NCBI GenBank assembly: GCA_028715965.1
Contig: JAQUQS010000004.1
Location: forward strand, 61,963 to 125,962
Origin: Candidatus Omnitrophota bacterium
Lineage (GTDB): Bacteria; Omnitrophota; Gorgyraeia; Tantalellales; Tantalellaceae
DNA length: 64,000 bases
Reading direction: 5' to 3'
The notes under the pieces are model-generated. The model had not been told where the DNA came from. It ran no database searches and saw only the letters and a list, made by a program, of their open reading frames with translations. Positions 1-10,300 of this stretch are shown here, piece by piece. The stretch's first letter is position 1. Each line of letters starts with the position of its first letter. Both the position numbers and the translations under genes were made by a program.

Positions 1-410
1 TCCTGGATTTTGGGACAAAGAAGGCGGGATCTATAATGGTCCCTCTTTACAGGCTATCGTCGATATCCGCGGAGGATCCCGTGTCAGACCTGAAAAAACT
101 TGTAGCGCTGACCGGATTTTCCCGGATCCCGGTATACCGGGAACGTAAGAACAATATAGTTGGCATCATAAACATATATGATATACTCTATACGAACGGG
201 GCCGGCGTGGACGATATGCCGGTACAGAAATTCATGCGGGAGCTTGTCTATCTCGATAAAGATGACGGGCTCGATATAGCGCTCGCGAGACTTAGACATC
301 GGAAACAACCGATGGGTATTGTCGCCGACCAGATGTCCCAGATCGTAGGCATTGTGACCATAGAGGATATTCTTGAGGAGTTAGTGGGGGAACTCGAGGA
401 CACGAGGTGA
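1..410 (+). CDS. CBS-pair domain protein, C-terminal part (5' end lies upstream of the window)
   Basis: Reading frame is open from nt 3 to the stop at 408-410, so the Met at 36 is internal. Two CBS-like segments (..IMVPLYRLSSIS.., ..VGIVTIEDILEELVG..) match the CBS-pair pattern. Confidence 0.55.
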   Translation, partial: LDFGTKKAGSIMVPLYRLSSISAEDPVSDLKKLVALTGFSRIPVYRERKNNIVGIINIYDILYTNGAGVDDMPVQKFMRELVYLDKDDGLDIALARLRHRKQPMGIVADQMSQIVGIVTIEDILEELVGELEDTR

Positions 411-414
411 GAAA

Positions 415-1101
415 ATGAGTCTTATATTCGTTATTCCCGTTATTGTTGTGATAATCATATCCGCTTTGATCGTAAAAATAACGTCGGTAGCTTTGAACCT
501 TACAGGCCTGGAAAAGCACAAAGCATTTTTTCAGACGTTATCGGCTTTTACCGGCACGGGGTTTACGACCAGGGATTCTGAGCTTATCGTCAATAACAAC
601 ATAAGAAGGAATATCATAATCTTCCTGATGATAACAGGTAACGCGGGACTGGTTTCCATCGTAACTACGCTTATGATGTCTTTTTTCAAGGGTGGGATGT
701 TGTTCACGCCTGTCCTGATCAACATGGCGGCCATACTTCTGGTGGTGCTTGTTATAATCAAGTTGTCGTCAAATAAGGTATTCGCGCGCAAATTCACGAA
801 GAAGATACAGGAAAAGCTGATAAAGAGCCCCACGTTCACAAAGCGCCCGGTCGAAGAGATATTGCATCTGGCTGAAGGATACGGGATAGCTGAAGTGACG
901 CTGGGGGAAGAGTGTGTAGACATAGGGAAAACGCTGATCAACTCATCTTTCAGGCAGAACGATATTCTTATACTGGCTATTGAGCGGGGGACCAGTGTCA
1001 TTCCGGCGCCTCACGCGACCGATAGCCTCGACGTGAACGATACGTTAATATGTTATGGTAAGTTGGCCAACATTGTTAAGATAGGTAAAGAGAAAAAATG
1101 A
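415..1101 (+). CDS. membrane protein with C-terminal TrkA-C (RCK_C)-like domain
   Basis: N-terminal hydrophobic helices. C-terminal 70 aa (VEEILHLAEGYGIAEVTLGEECVDIGKTL..DILILAIERG..NDTLICYGK) follow the TrkA-C domain pattern. Starts 5 nt after the upstream gene. Confidence 0.5.
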   Translation: MSLIFVIPVIVVIIISALIVKITSVALNLTGLEKHKAFFQTLSAFTGTGFTTRDSELIVNNNIRRNIIIFLMITGNAGLVSIVTTLMMSFFKGGMLFTPVLINMAAILLVVLVIIKLSSNKVFARKFTKKIQEKLIKSPTFTKRPVEEILHLAEGYGIAEVTLGEECVDIGKTLINSSFRQNDILILAIERGTSVIPAPHATDSLDVNDTLICYGKLANIVKIGKEKK

Positions 1102-1162
1102 CCACGAGGTTGCCCGGACCGGGTGAGCGCGGGGATCTCATGAAAACACGTATGGAGGTTAT

Positions 1163-1300
1163 ATGGTCAAGTATATAGTTCTATGTTCATTGCTTGCAGC
1201 GTCTCTTTTAGCGGCAGGTTGCGGAGAGACCGTTAGCGGCCTGGGTAAGGACGCCAGGCGGATAGGTTCGGGGATACATAAGGTCTTTATACGGGAATGA
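1163..1300 (+). CDS. entericidin EcnA/B-like small lipoprotein (45 aa), absent from the ORF track
   Basis: GGAGG at 1154-1158. Lipobox LLAAG-C followed by GETVSGLGKDARRIGSGI, which resembles the entericidin family pattern. A hairpin plus T-run follows at 1321-1350. Confidence 0.4.
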   Translation: MVKYIVLCSLLAASLLAAGCGETVSGLGKDARRIGSGIHKVFIRE

Positions 1301-1320
1301 CCGGCAACAATACGGGAAAA

Positions 1321-1350
1321 AGGGCAGTCTTGAATGACCTGCCCTTTTTA
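1321..1350 (+). terminator. rho-independent terminator-like hairpin (AGGGCAG..CTGCCCT + TTTTT)
   Basis: 7-bp GC-rich inverted repeat with an 11-nt loop followed by a T-run, directly downstream of the small lipoprotein ORF. Confidence 0.45.
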
Positions 1351-1355
1351 TTTCC

Positions 1356-2300
1356 ATGAAAACGGCTACCAGAACAGATCTCATCAAAAAGGCTTTATCA
1401 CGGCTTCAGAAGCGCATGGATCCATGTGGGCTGTGTCCCAGGAAATGTTCAGTGAACAGACGTAATGGAGAACGCGGGAAGTGCGGCGCGGGTATGCGTG
1501 CCCGGGTCTATACTTATATGGCGCATTATGGTGAGGAGCCTCCCGTGTCAGGTTCACACGGCTCCGGGACCATATTCTTTTCTGGCTGCAATATGTCATG
1601 TGTATATTGTCAGAACTATAAGTTCAGCCAGGCCGCCATGGGGAGGGAGCTTTCCGCCCAGGAGCTTGCGGATGTCATGCTTAACCTGCAGGATAAGGGA
1701 TGCCATAATATAAACCTGGTTTCCCCGACGCCGTACGTGCCACAAATACTTGAAGCGTTAATTCCGGCTATAGACCGCGGGTTGTCTGTCCCTATTGTGT
1801 ACAATACGGGAGGGTATGACCTGGTCGATGTACTGTCCGATCTGGAAGGTATCGTGGATATTTACCTGCCGGATATGCGATATGCCGACAACGAATGGGC
1901 CCTGAAATTCTCCGGTATACCGGATTATGTCGAAAATAATCGTGCCGTAGTGAGAGAAATGATACGGCAAGTGGGGACCAGGCCGGTATTTTCCGGGGAC
2001 ATCATGACCAAAGGACTCATCGTGCGTCTTCTGATGCTTCCGAACGGGATATCCGGGACAGATCTAACGCTTGATTTCCTTGAGTCACAAGTGGGGACAG
2101 ATCTTTATTTGAGCCTTATGAGCCAGTACTATCCGGCCTATCGCGCTGATGGGATGCCTGAAGTCTCGCGTAAAATCAAAAAAAGTGAGTATGATGCGGT
2201 CCTTCGTAAAATGTCAGAATGTGGGTTCCATAACGGCTGGATACAGCCTTTTGGAGAGTTTGAAACTAGGTTTGCTGGTGAGAATTTCGAGCCTGTTTGA
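1356..2300 (+). CDS. radical SAM protein, PflX-like (pyruvate formate-lyase activase homolog family)
   Basis: N-terminal Cys cluster (CGLCPRKC..C) plus the canonical CxxxCxxC (CNMSCVYC) radical-SAM motif. Length and layout are typical of COG1313-like proteins. Confidence 0.7.
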   Translation: MKTATRTDLIKKALSRLQKRMDPCGLCPRKCSVNRRNGERGKCGAGMRARVYTYMAHYGEEPPVSGSHGSGTIFFSGCNMSCVYCQNYKFSQAAMGRELSAQELADVMLNLQDKGCHNINLVSPTPYVPQILEALIPAIDRGLSVPIVYNTGGYDLVDVLSDLEGIVDIYLPDMRYADNEWALKFSGIPDYVENNRAVVREMIRQVGTRPVFSGDIMTKGLIVRLLMLPNGISGTDLTLDFLESQVGTDLYLSLMSQYYPAYRADGMPEVSRKIKKSEYDAVLRKMSECGFHNGWIQPFGEFETRFAGENFEPV

Positions 2301-2386
2301 ACAGCCCATTATTTCAAAACTAATATTTGATTTATAAGCTGGTGTGAGATAAACTTATATAAAATGAACATAACTCTAGGGGAGTC

Positions 2387-3079
2387 GTGGAGAAAAAAAA
2401 GCTAGTGGCTGTGGTGGATGACAGCCCGGACATCCTGAAAATCGTATCTTTACATCTTGAGAAGGCCGGTTTTTTGTCGCGTTGTTTCAAGAACGCCGGG
2501 AGTTTTCTTAACTCCTTGAAGAGTGAAACGCCGGATTTTCTTATACTTGACCTGATCTTGCCTGATATGGACGGTTTTGACGTGTGTAAGCACATGCGTT
2601 CAGATCCCGCTCTGAAGAACATTCCCATACTGATGCTTACCGCGAAAGACGAAGAAGTGGACAAAGTCCTCGGGCTGGAATTGGGCGCTGATGATTATGT
2701 GACAAAACCATTCATGCCCAGAGAACTTATGGCCCGTGTCAAGACCATCCTTAAACGCTATGAAAGGCCGGAAGAAGAGAGTGACAGTACTATAAGATTC
2801 GGTGATCTTTTAAGCATAGACGAAACCCGGCATGAAGTCATTTTGAACGGCAAATCCCTTGTTTTTACCCCTACAGAGTTCAAGATACTCAAACTTCTGT
2901 GCGCATCGCCCGGGCAGGTCTTTACCCGGGAAGCTATATTAAAGCATTTATGGGGAAGCGAGAAAGTCGTCGTAAAGCGTACGGTTGATGTACACATACG
3001 GCATATACGGGAAAAACTCGGCAAATACGCTGATATAGTAAAGAATGTCCCGGGCGTAGGGTATAAATCCGAACTCTAG
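2387..3079 (+). CDS. OmpR/PhoB-family DNA-binding response regulator
   Basis: REC domain (VVDDSPD..LILDLILPDMDGF..LTAKD) followed by a winged-helix trans_reg_C domain (..FTPTEFKILKLL..VVKRTVDVHIRHIREKL). GTG start after a GGGGAG RBS. No cognate kinase in the window. Confidence 0.85.
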   Translation: MEKKKLVAVVDDSPDILKIVSLHLEKAGFLSRCFKNAGSFLNSLKSETPDFLILDLILPDMDGFDVCKHMRSDPALKNIPILMLTAKDEEVDKVLGLELGADDYVTKPFMPRELMARVKTILKRYERPEEESDSTIRFGDLLSIDETRHEVILNGKSLVFTPTEFKILKLLCASPGQVFTREAILKHLWGSEKVVVKRTVDVHIRHIREKLGKYADIVKNVPGVGYKSEL

Positions 3080-3957
3080 TCTTTAGTCCACTTGCCAGAA
3101 CTCTCAACCTCTGAAAGCAGCATTTCTATCTCCGCCTCTTTTTCCAGATTTGAATTGTTCAGGTCGTTTATTGTTTCTTTCTGGCTTGTGATTATAGCGT
3201 TCAATCGTTCGAGTTCGTGATTTTTAGCGTTCAGGTCCGATATGTGGGTTTTCATCGATGAAGCGTGTTCAGAGGAAAGTTCTTCATATTTGGCGGTAAG
3301 GAACGAGATCATTTCATCCTTTTTCAGCACTGAGCCGGATGTGGTGTCCTCTACTTTTTTCAGGGAGAGACTGTTGTATGCCATTATCGCGAAAAGGAAA
3401 GAGAGAAGTATCGCTCCGGTCAATACTCGCAATAGGGATGTTCTTTTTGGGCGAGGTATCGCGGATAATTTTTCGTTGGTGGTAGCGAACGCGTTATGTA
3501 TCTCATCAAGCCTTTGAGTGAGTGTCTTAGTGTCTTTTTGCAGGTAAGCGATATCAGAAATAGACTTTTCCAGTGTTGTGACGACCGAACGGACCTGTTC
3601 GATCTTTCCCAGCAGAAGCTCGGTTTTCCCGTCTTGTGAATACATATCGATATCCCGGGTGAGGGGGATGTCATGTGTGTGCGGCTGGTCTCCCTGGCTG
3701 TCATCGTCATCGTTGGAGGACAGCCATCCGGAGTTTGGTGCCGGGCCGTCAAAGCCGAGTAAAGTCTCAACATTTATGTTCGGATATTCCCTCTGAACAT
3801 CGTTCTTCAATACATATAAGCTGTTCTCATGATTTATGGCAAGCAGGCGTTTATCTCGTATCTCATCTTTGACTATAGTAGTTGGAACGCCTAAGGCAGT
3901 TGAAAGTCGATTCAACTCGATAAACTCACGACCCAATCCATCTCGATATGTAGTCAT
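3076..3957 (-). CDS. hypothetical protein: N-terminal HTH-like segment, one TM helix, coiled-coil C-terminus
   Basis: GGAGGT RBS upstream of ATG (minus strand). N-terminal LSTALGVPTTIVKDEI looks HTH-like, with a hydrophobic helix LLRVLTGAILLSFLFAIMAY and Q/E/L-rich heptads. Convergent with the response regulator, overlapping it by 4 nt. Confidence 0.4.
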   Translation of the reverse strand: MTTYRDGLGREFIELNRLSTALGVPTTIVKDEIRDKRLLAINHENSLYVLKNDVQREYPNINVETLLGFDGPAPNSGWLSSNDDDDSQGDQPHTHDIPLTRDIDMYSQDGKTELLLGKIEQVRSVVTTLEKSISDIAYLQKDTKTLTQRLDEIHNAFATTNEKLSAIPRPKRTSLLRVLTGAILLSFLFAIMAYNSLSLKKVEDTTSGSVLKKDEMISFLTAKYEELSSEHASSMKTHISDLNAKNHELERLNAIITSQKETINDLNNSNLEKEAEIEMLLSEVESSGKWTKD

Positions 3958-4093
3958 AGTTTTTCTAACCTCCTCAAGATGTAGTATATATTAAATTACC
4001 TATTATGTCAAATTTATAAAATACGCTTATATATATAAAATACATGAAAGTAAATATTAAATAATAATTAACTAAATAAAAATCCAGTTTTAA

Positions 4094-4121
4094 TTGCATT
4101 TCATAACAATCTAAGTATACT
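4094..4121 (+). promoter_or_regulatory. sigma70-like promoter TTGCAT-N16-TATACT for the tpsA-1 leader
   Basis: Near-consensus -35/-10 hexamers with 16-nt spacing in an AT-rich intergenic region, about 40 nt upstream of the riboswitch-like element. Confidence 0.4.
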
Positions 4122-4162
4122 TAATATAGATACTAAAACTGGTTCTTTTAAATGGATTTTTT

Positions 4163-4297
4163 GAAAAAGGCAACCTCCGTGAAAGCGGAAGGGCGCAAAG
4201 CTATAAGAGCCTAAGACCTCAAGGGGTTACGGTAGTCAGCTGCCAAAGAGAGAAGGTATACATTGACCCATGGCTATTATAGTCATGGGTTTTTTTA
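4163..4297 (+). ncRNA. candidate c-di-GMP-I (GEMM) riboswitch aptamer (4163-4244) plus intrinsic terminator (hairpin 4267-4289, U-tract 4290-4296) in the tpsA-1 5' UTR
   Basis: AAAAAGGCAACC..UGAAAG..GGGCGCAAAGCU..GCCUAAG..GGGGUUACGGUAG..CAGCUGCC aligns block by block with the GEMM consensus and the Vc2 riboswitch (GGCAAACC / GNRA loop / GGGACGCAAAGCC / GCCUAA / GGGGUUACCGA / GCUnCC). Followed by a 10-bp hairpin CCCAUGGCUA-UUA-UAGUCAUGGG and U7. Confidence 0.5.
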
Positions 4298-4359
4298 TCC
4301 CCCGTAGCCAGATAGGATATGAGTAGATAGGCGTAGGAGGATTATTTAGGGGCAAAGAG

Positions 4360-7300
4360 ATGAAGATGACGGGACTGCTGAAGAGAACGGTGAGCGTACT
4401 TGTGGTGTTCAGTTTTTTGAACGCTCAGGTGGCGTATTCTCTCCCACAGGACGTTGAGGTGGTGGAAGGCGCGGCGGATGTTAACATAGAAGGCGCGACG
4501 ATGACGATAAACGCCGACGCCGGCACTATCCTGAATTATTCCTCGTTCGACCTTGCCGAGGGGGAGTCAGTGATAATAAACCTGCCGGGGATAGACGCGG
4601 ATATACTTAACCGTGTTATCGGCGCCGGCGCGTCGAACATAGCGGGGGCCATCTCATGTAACGGGCTTTTCATACTCGTGAACACTAGCGGTATATATCT
4701 CGCGTCGACGGCGAATATCGACGTTGGCAGTCTGGTGCTTTCCACGCGGGATATCACTAACTCTGATTTTGTTAACGGGAAGTATTTCTTCCAGAAGATC
4801 TCGGAGGAAGCGCTGGATACGCTCCTTAAGAACGCGGGCACGATAAACGTGCGTGAAGGCGGGTTCGGCGTCCTTATAGCGGGAGCGATAGAGAACTCGG
4901 GTATGATCGTGGCGCCTATGGGGCGTATACACCTGGCCGCGGGAGACGCGGTGACACTCGCGCTTTCGAGTGACGGGCTTATAAGTGTCGCGATAGACGA
5001 GAAGGTGGCGTCGACGATACATGATATGGACGGGAACCCGATAACCGACCAGATAACGAATACCGGTTCGATCATAGCCGACGGCGGGGTAGTGGCTATA
5101 AGCGCCGAGTCGCTCACGGACATATTCAGGAACGCTATAAATCTTGATGGTATAGTGCAGGCGGATACGATGAGTTCTACTGCTGGCGAGATAAGTATAA
5201 CCTCCTCGAGTGATATAACCCTCGGGGGTGGGATATCAGCCGTAGGGGGCATGATAGGAGTGATCTCGGAGGAAGGGTCGATAAGAGCCGAGGAGACATC
5301 GGAGATGACGGCGCAGGACGTATACGTGGAGGCCCAGAGGGACATATCTCTTGAGGGAACGATAGAGACGATGGAAGGTGGGCTTGTCGATCTCCACGCC
5401 CTTAACGGGTCGATGTACTCACATGGTTCCATAATAGCGCCTGAGGGGGAGATAAATGTGTGCGCGGCGTATGACCTTGACCTCGGGGGGTTCTACAAGG
5501 CGAGCCGCATGGTGTTCGACCCTGAGGAAGTGAACATAACGAGCGACTGGACGGGATCAGGGGATACGACGTTCTGGGCGACGGGGAACATAAATGTGCA
5601 GGCTAACATGACGCTGGAGGAAGGTAGCTTTTATTTCTATGCCGATTCCACCGATGCCAGCGGCACATATGACGACGGTTCGGGTACGTTCACGCAAAGC
5701 TCCAGCTCAACTATAACCGCTGATTATGATATATCCATAGACGGCTCCGGGAGCGTATCGGTGGGCGGAATAGTGTCTACTAGCGGTAGTCTTTATGTGG
5801 GGAATGTTACGGGGGATCATACGAATTCTTATGTAGCGGTTGTGAGTGACCTGAATGTTGCCGAAGATATATCATTAAGCTCATCGGGTGGTATCGGTGT
5901 ATATACCGGCAATACCCTGCAGGCCAACAATATGGACATAAACGCTGACATGGACGGTAATGGTACCGGCTCGTTCTCCATGTTTTCCGGAACGGCTTTG
6001 ACGCTTACAGGCGGAGACCTTTCAATAAGCGCGGGGGAGAATAGTACTTTGGAGGATATCTCCGGGGTCGATCTTTTTACGATAGGATCGACCACCGCGG
6101 CAGGGATAAGTTTTACGTGTGACGCGGCGAACACATTCAGCGTGGATACGTTCAAGACACTTGGCGACGGCTCCACGACTTTTGTGAGGGCGGTCGGTGA
6201 TGGGACCAGTATCCCGCGGATGGTATACGATATAACACAGCTTCAGGCGATGCAGGATAACCTCAGTTGGGATTACCAACTTGCCAACAATATAGACGCG
6301 TCGGCGACTGCCGGCTGGAATTCAGGTGAAGGTTTCGTTCCTGTCGGGGATGATGTGTCGAAATTCACGGGCACATTTGATGGGGGGGGTAAAGTGGTCT
6401 CGGGACTTTTTGTGGACACCACACAGTCTTATACCGGCCTTTTTGGATATGTTTCCGGCGCTACATTATCTGACGTCGGGCTAGAAGATATCTCCATAAC
6501 TGCTACTGTGTCGACCGGGTATGCCTATGTGGGCGGCTTATCCGGATATGCCCAGGATACGCTAGTAACTAACGTATATACAACCGGTTCTGTTGATGCT
6601 ATCAGACCAGGTGGGGTTGCGTTTGGCGGTGGGTTAATAGGTTGCAACGAGGCCAGCGCGTTAGGGCAAGAGGCGAATATAACGAGTTCATATTCTTTGG
6701 CTGATGTGTCAGTGAACGCTCACTCTGGTTATGCGGGTGGGTTGATAGCCCAGAATTCCGCGAACGGTGGCGGGTCGGCGGATATCGCGGATTGTTATGC
6801 GACGGGCTCGGTTTCGATGACAGCTTCATCGTTTTATGCTATGGCGGGAGGGTTGGTCGGACAGAATGTGGCGTATGCCTTTGAAGGAGGACCATCGCTT
6901 CCATGTGCCAACATAACGGGTAGTTATGCTACGGGCGAGGTCCAGGCATCTTCAGGCGGAACGGGTGATGTATGCGCGGGAGGGTTAATAGGGTATAACA
7001 CGACCACTGAAGATAATGCGCTCATAACGGATTCGTACGCCACGGGAAATGCTACCGCTTCAGGAGGTACTAGTACTTACGCGGGAGGGCTCATTGCGTA
7101 TAATGACGCGATCTCAAATGGGGACGCGACCATTACAAGGTCGTACGCTACGGGAGACGCGTCGGCTACAGGGGCGGGAACGACATACGCTGGTGGCCTG
7201 GTCGGGTATATGGACGCGGCTATAATGTCCACGGCGGATGCCGTGGATTCTTTTGCTCTGGGAACGGCCACCGCAACGGGCGGCTCGACCAATTATGTTG

Positions 7301-10300
7301 GTGGGCTGGGAGGGTATATTGATATCGATAGGGATGTCTCTACCAGCAGGTGGTATAACGCTTCGAATACTGATGGTGTCGGTTCACTTGCCGATGGGGA
7401 TACGTTGAAAGAAATAGCCGAGTATTTCACTGACGGCAGCTCAGAGATATATACAAACTGGGATTTCACGGTCGATGGGACCGGGGCGGGTTCGGGAACG
7501 TGGATCATGGCGGGTCTGCCGCACCTCCAGATGGAATGGACGGACACCATAACGACCCTGGAAGAGCTGCAGATGATCCTGCTGGACTATGACGTGTCAT
7601 ATACCCTTGCGAATGACATTGACGCGGCGGCGACGACGGGCTGGAATTGGAACAGCACACGTGGCGTGTATGAGGGGTTCAAGCCATTGACGCTTTTCTC
7701 CGCGACATTTGACGGTTCGGGGTATGAGATATCCGGACTTAACATTGACCGTACCGATACCAATATAGGGATGTTCGGAGTGGTCTTTGCCAGTACGATC
7801 CAGGATCTTTCCCTTTCTTCGGCCAGCATAACGCACAGTGACGCCGTAAGTTCTTATAATCTTGGGGGTGTGGCGGGGTTGGCATATAGCGCTTATCTCA
7901 ACGACATATCGTTCTCGGGAACAGTTTCTGGCTCTACCAGTTCAGGTGACGCGTTTATCGGAGGTCTAACTGGATATATGAACGCCGGGGGCGTAAGCGG
8001 GATCAGTACTGCGGGGACCGTAACCGGGGCATCGAGCCTAGGCAAATGCTATGTGGGAGGGGTGATAGGGCAGTTATATACATCGGCCGCGGGGACCATC
8101 GAGGTAACGCTTTCCGATTCTTCTGCCGATGTCTCCGCGGATTCTGTGGGAGGATATAATTTCGTGGGAGGGCTTATCGGGTCCATAGAGCTGGCTGATT
8201 TCAACCTGGGAAGCGTTTGTAACGTTACTGATTCATACGCCACGGGGGACGTTTCCGGTAATACCACATTCACCCATGTTCTCGCCGGGGGACTTATAGG
8301 CAGGCTGTATATCGCGTACAATGCCGATGTTAACGTGGAAGATTGTTACGCCACAGGTGATGTTTCAGCTACGGGAACACAGCAGGCCCGTGCCGGGGGG
8401 TTGATGGGGCAATTTTCCTCAAATGGCGCTGAATCATACGTAACAATGAACAACTGCTACGCTACGGGAGATGTTACGGCGGTGGCCGGACTTACCGATG
8501 AGTATCCCGCTATGGCGGGTGGGCTGATAGGCTTGGTCCGGGCCGACGCGGACGGGACGACCATTATCAATAACTCTTTCGCAACGGGGACCGCTTCGGC
8601 CACGGGAGCCAGGCCGCGTGAATGCGGATTGGTAGGATGGGATGCCGGGGGAGAATACAATGATTGCCTGTGGTTTAACTCCACAAATATACAGGGGATG
8701 TACTTCGAGACACCTGACTCATATGACGGTACGGCGCTGAAGGCCGCCAGTCTTCCGGACCTTTTCGACGCGGATAGCGATCTTTTCTCTACATGGGATC
8801 TTACCGCGGACGGTACCGGCGGACAATGGGTCATACAAAGCAGGGCCGCTCCCCCCGATTTTTACAGGGAATACAACGTATGGACGGGCGGTGGAACGAC
8901 CAATAATTGGTCGGATGCCGCTAACTGGAGCGCCTTAGCCGCACCATCGATCTTTAGCAAAGTACTTTTGAGTTCCGTTAGCACGAAAAGTGTCACATGG
9001 GATTCTGATATCACCGTGGCAAAAATGCATATAGATGCTTCGTACACGGGACAATTGACACAGGGTGACGGGTACGAGCTTACCGCCACGGACGTTTATT
9101 ACCAGGGCGGTGGTACCGTGCGGACATCGGGAACGGACCTTTCTGTCGAGGGAGGTACTTTTGTGCAGGACGGAGGAAGCATCACGCTGGCCAGTGGCGG
9201 GGATATCTACCTGGATAGCGCCGGGTATATGGAGCTTTATGACGTCTCCTGCGGGGACGAAAGCACTATATACTTAGGTTCAAGGGAAGCCCCGAGCTCG
9301 GTAGTCGTGACCGGGACGATAAGCACGTTATATCCCGGTGGGTCCCAAAGCGGTCTTGAGATATATTCCGATGGCGGGATAAGTGTCGAAGGCGCGGTGG
9401 GCGGTTCAACTTATTATTTCGACTCCATCCACCTTTACCTGGACCATGATGATAACTCCGCGCTCAGCAATATACACGGAAGTTTTTACGCTGACCTGGT
9501 ATATGTACTCGCGCAGAACAATATTGTGGTGGACGGCACACTGGCCAATGACGCGGGAGCTCTTTACGTTGGGCAGCCGGGATATACCCCGGATTCTATA
9601 ACCCAGGACGGGAGAGTGCGGGCCGCTACTTATGTGGGAATGTATGCTAACGTGGACATAAACATGTACGATGAACTGTCCTCTAACGCTAGCATGTGGA
9701 TAATGGCCGATTATGACGATAACGGGTCAGGGGCCTTCCGGCAGGTAAGCGGCAGTATAGTTTCATATGGCGACCTATCCATAGATGGTTCCGGGGAGAT
9801 GGTCCTGGGTTATGTTTATCTGGGAGATAGCGCGGACATGACCATAGGAGAATATCGCACTCCGGATATCGTAACGATCGATATTGGTGTGGGCGGTGCC
9901 GCCGGAGGCGGGGACATCTCTATATATTCGAACGGAGATATCAACCTGGGCGGGGATATAGGTTCCGGTTCTACGGTATTCAATAACGTCAGGTTCTACC
10001 CGGACTATGACTCAAATGCCGGGATGAGTACCGTGGGAGGAAATGTATACGCGGATTATTTTTATATCGAGACGGATTCACCGCTGTCCCTTACTGAGAC
10101 CAATGTCTATGGTGGAGGACTTTATGTGGGGGCGTTGGGCAGGGCTCCGATTTCCGTGTCGACCTTGGAGCCTTTATATGGGTTCTATGACATCGATATA
10201 TATTCCGACGGAGATATCCTTATCGGGGACGATATATATGGATATGAAGTTGAGCTGTTCGCGGATTATGATGGCAATGGCACGGGAAGTTTCACCCAGA

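Noticed and set aside
4536-5432. Long antisense ORFs inside the tpsA genes (e.g. 4536-5432, 4654-5022, 13192-14088, 17401-18093, 18859-19503, all on the minus strand).
   Set aside because: They lie entirely within well-supported giant sense-strand CDSs whose G/T/S/D-rich repetitive coding produces open antisense frames. The pairs that are identical simply reflect the duplicated module. There is no RBS or independent domain evidence.
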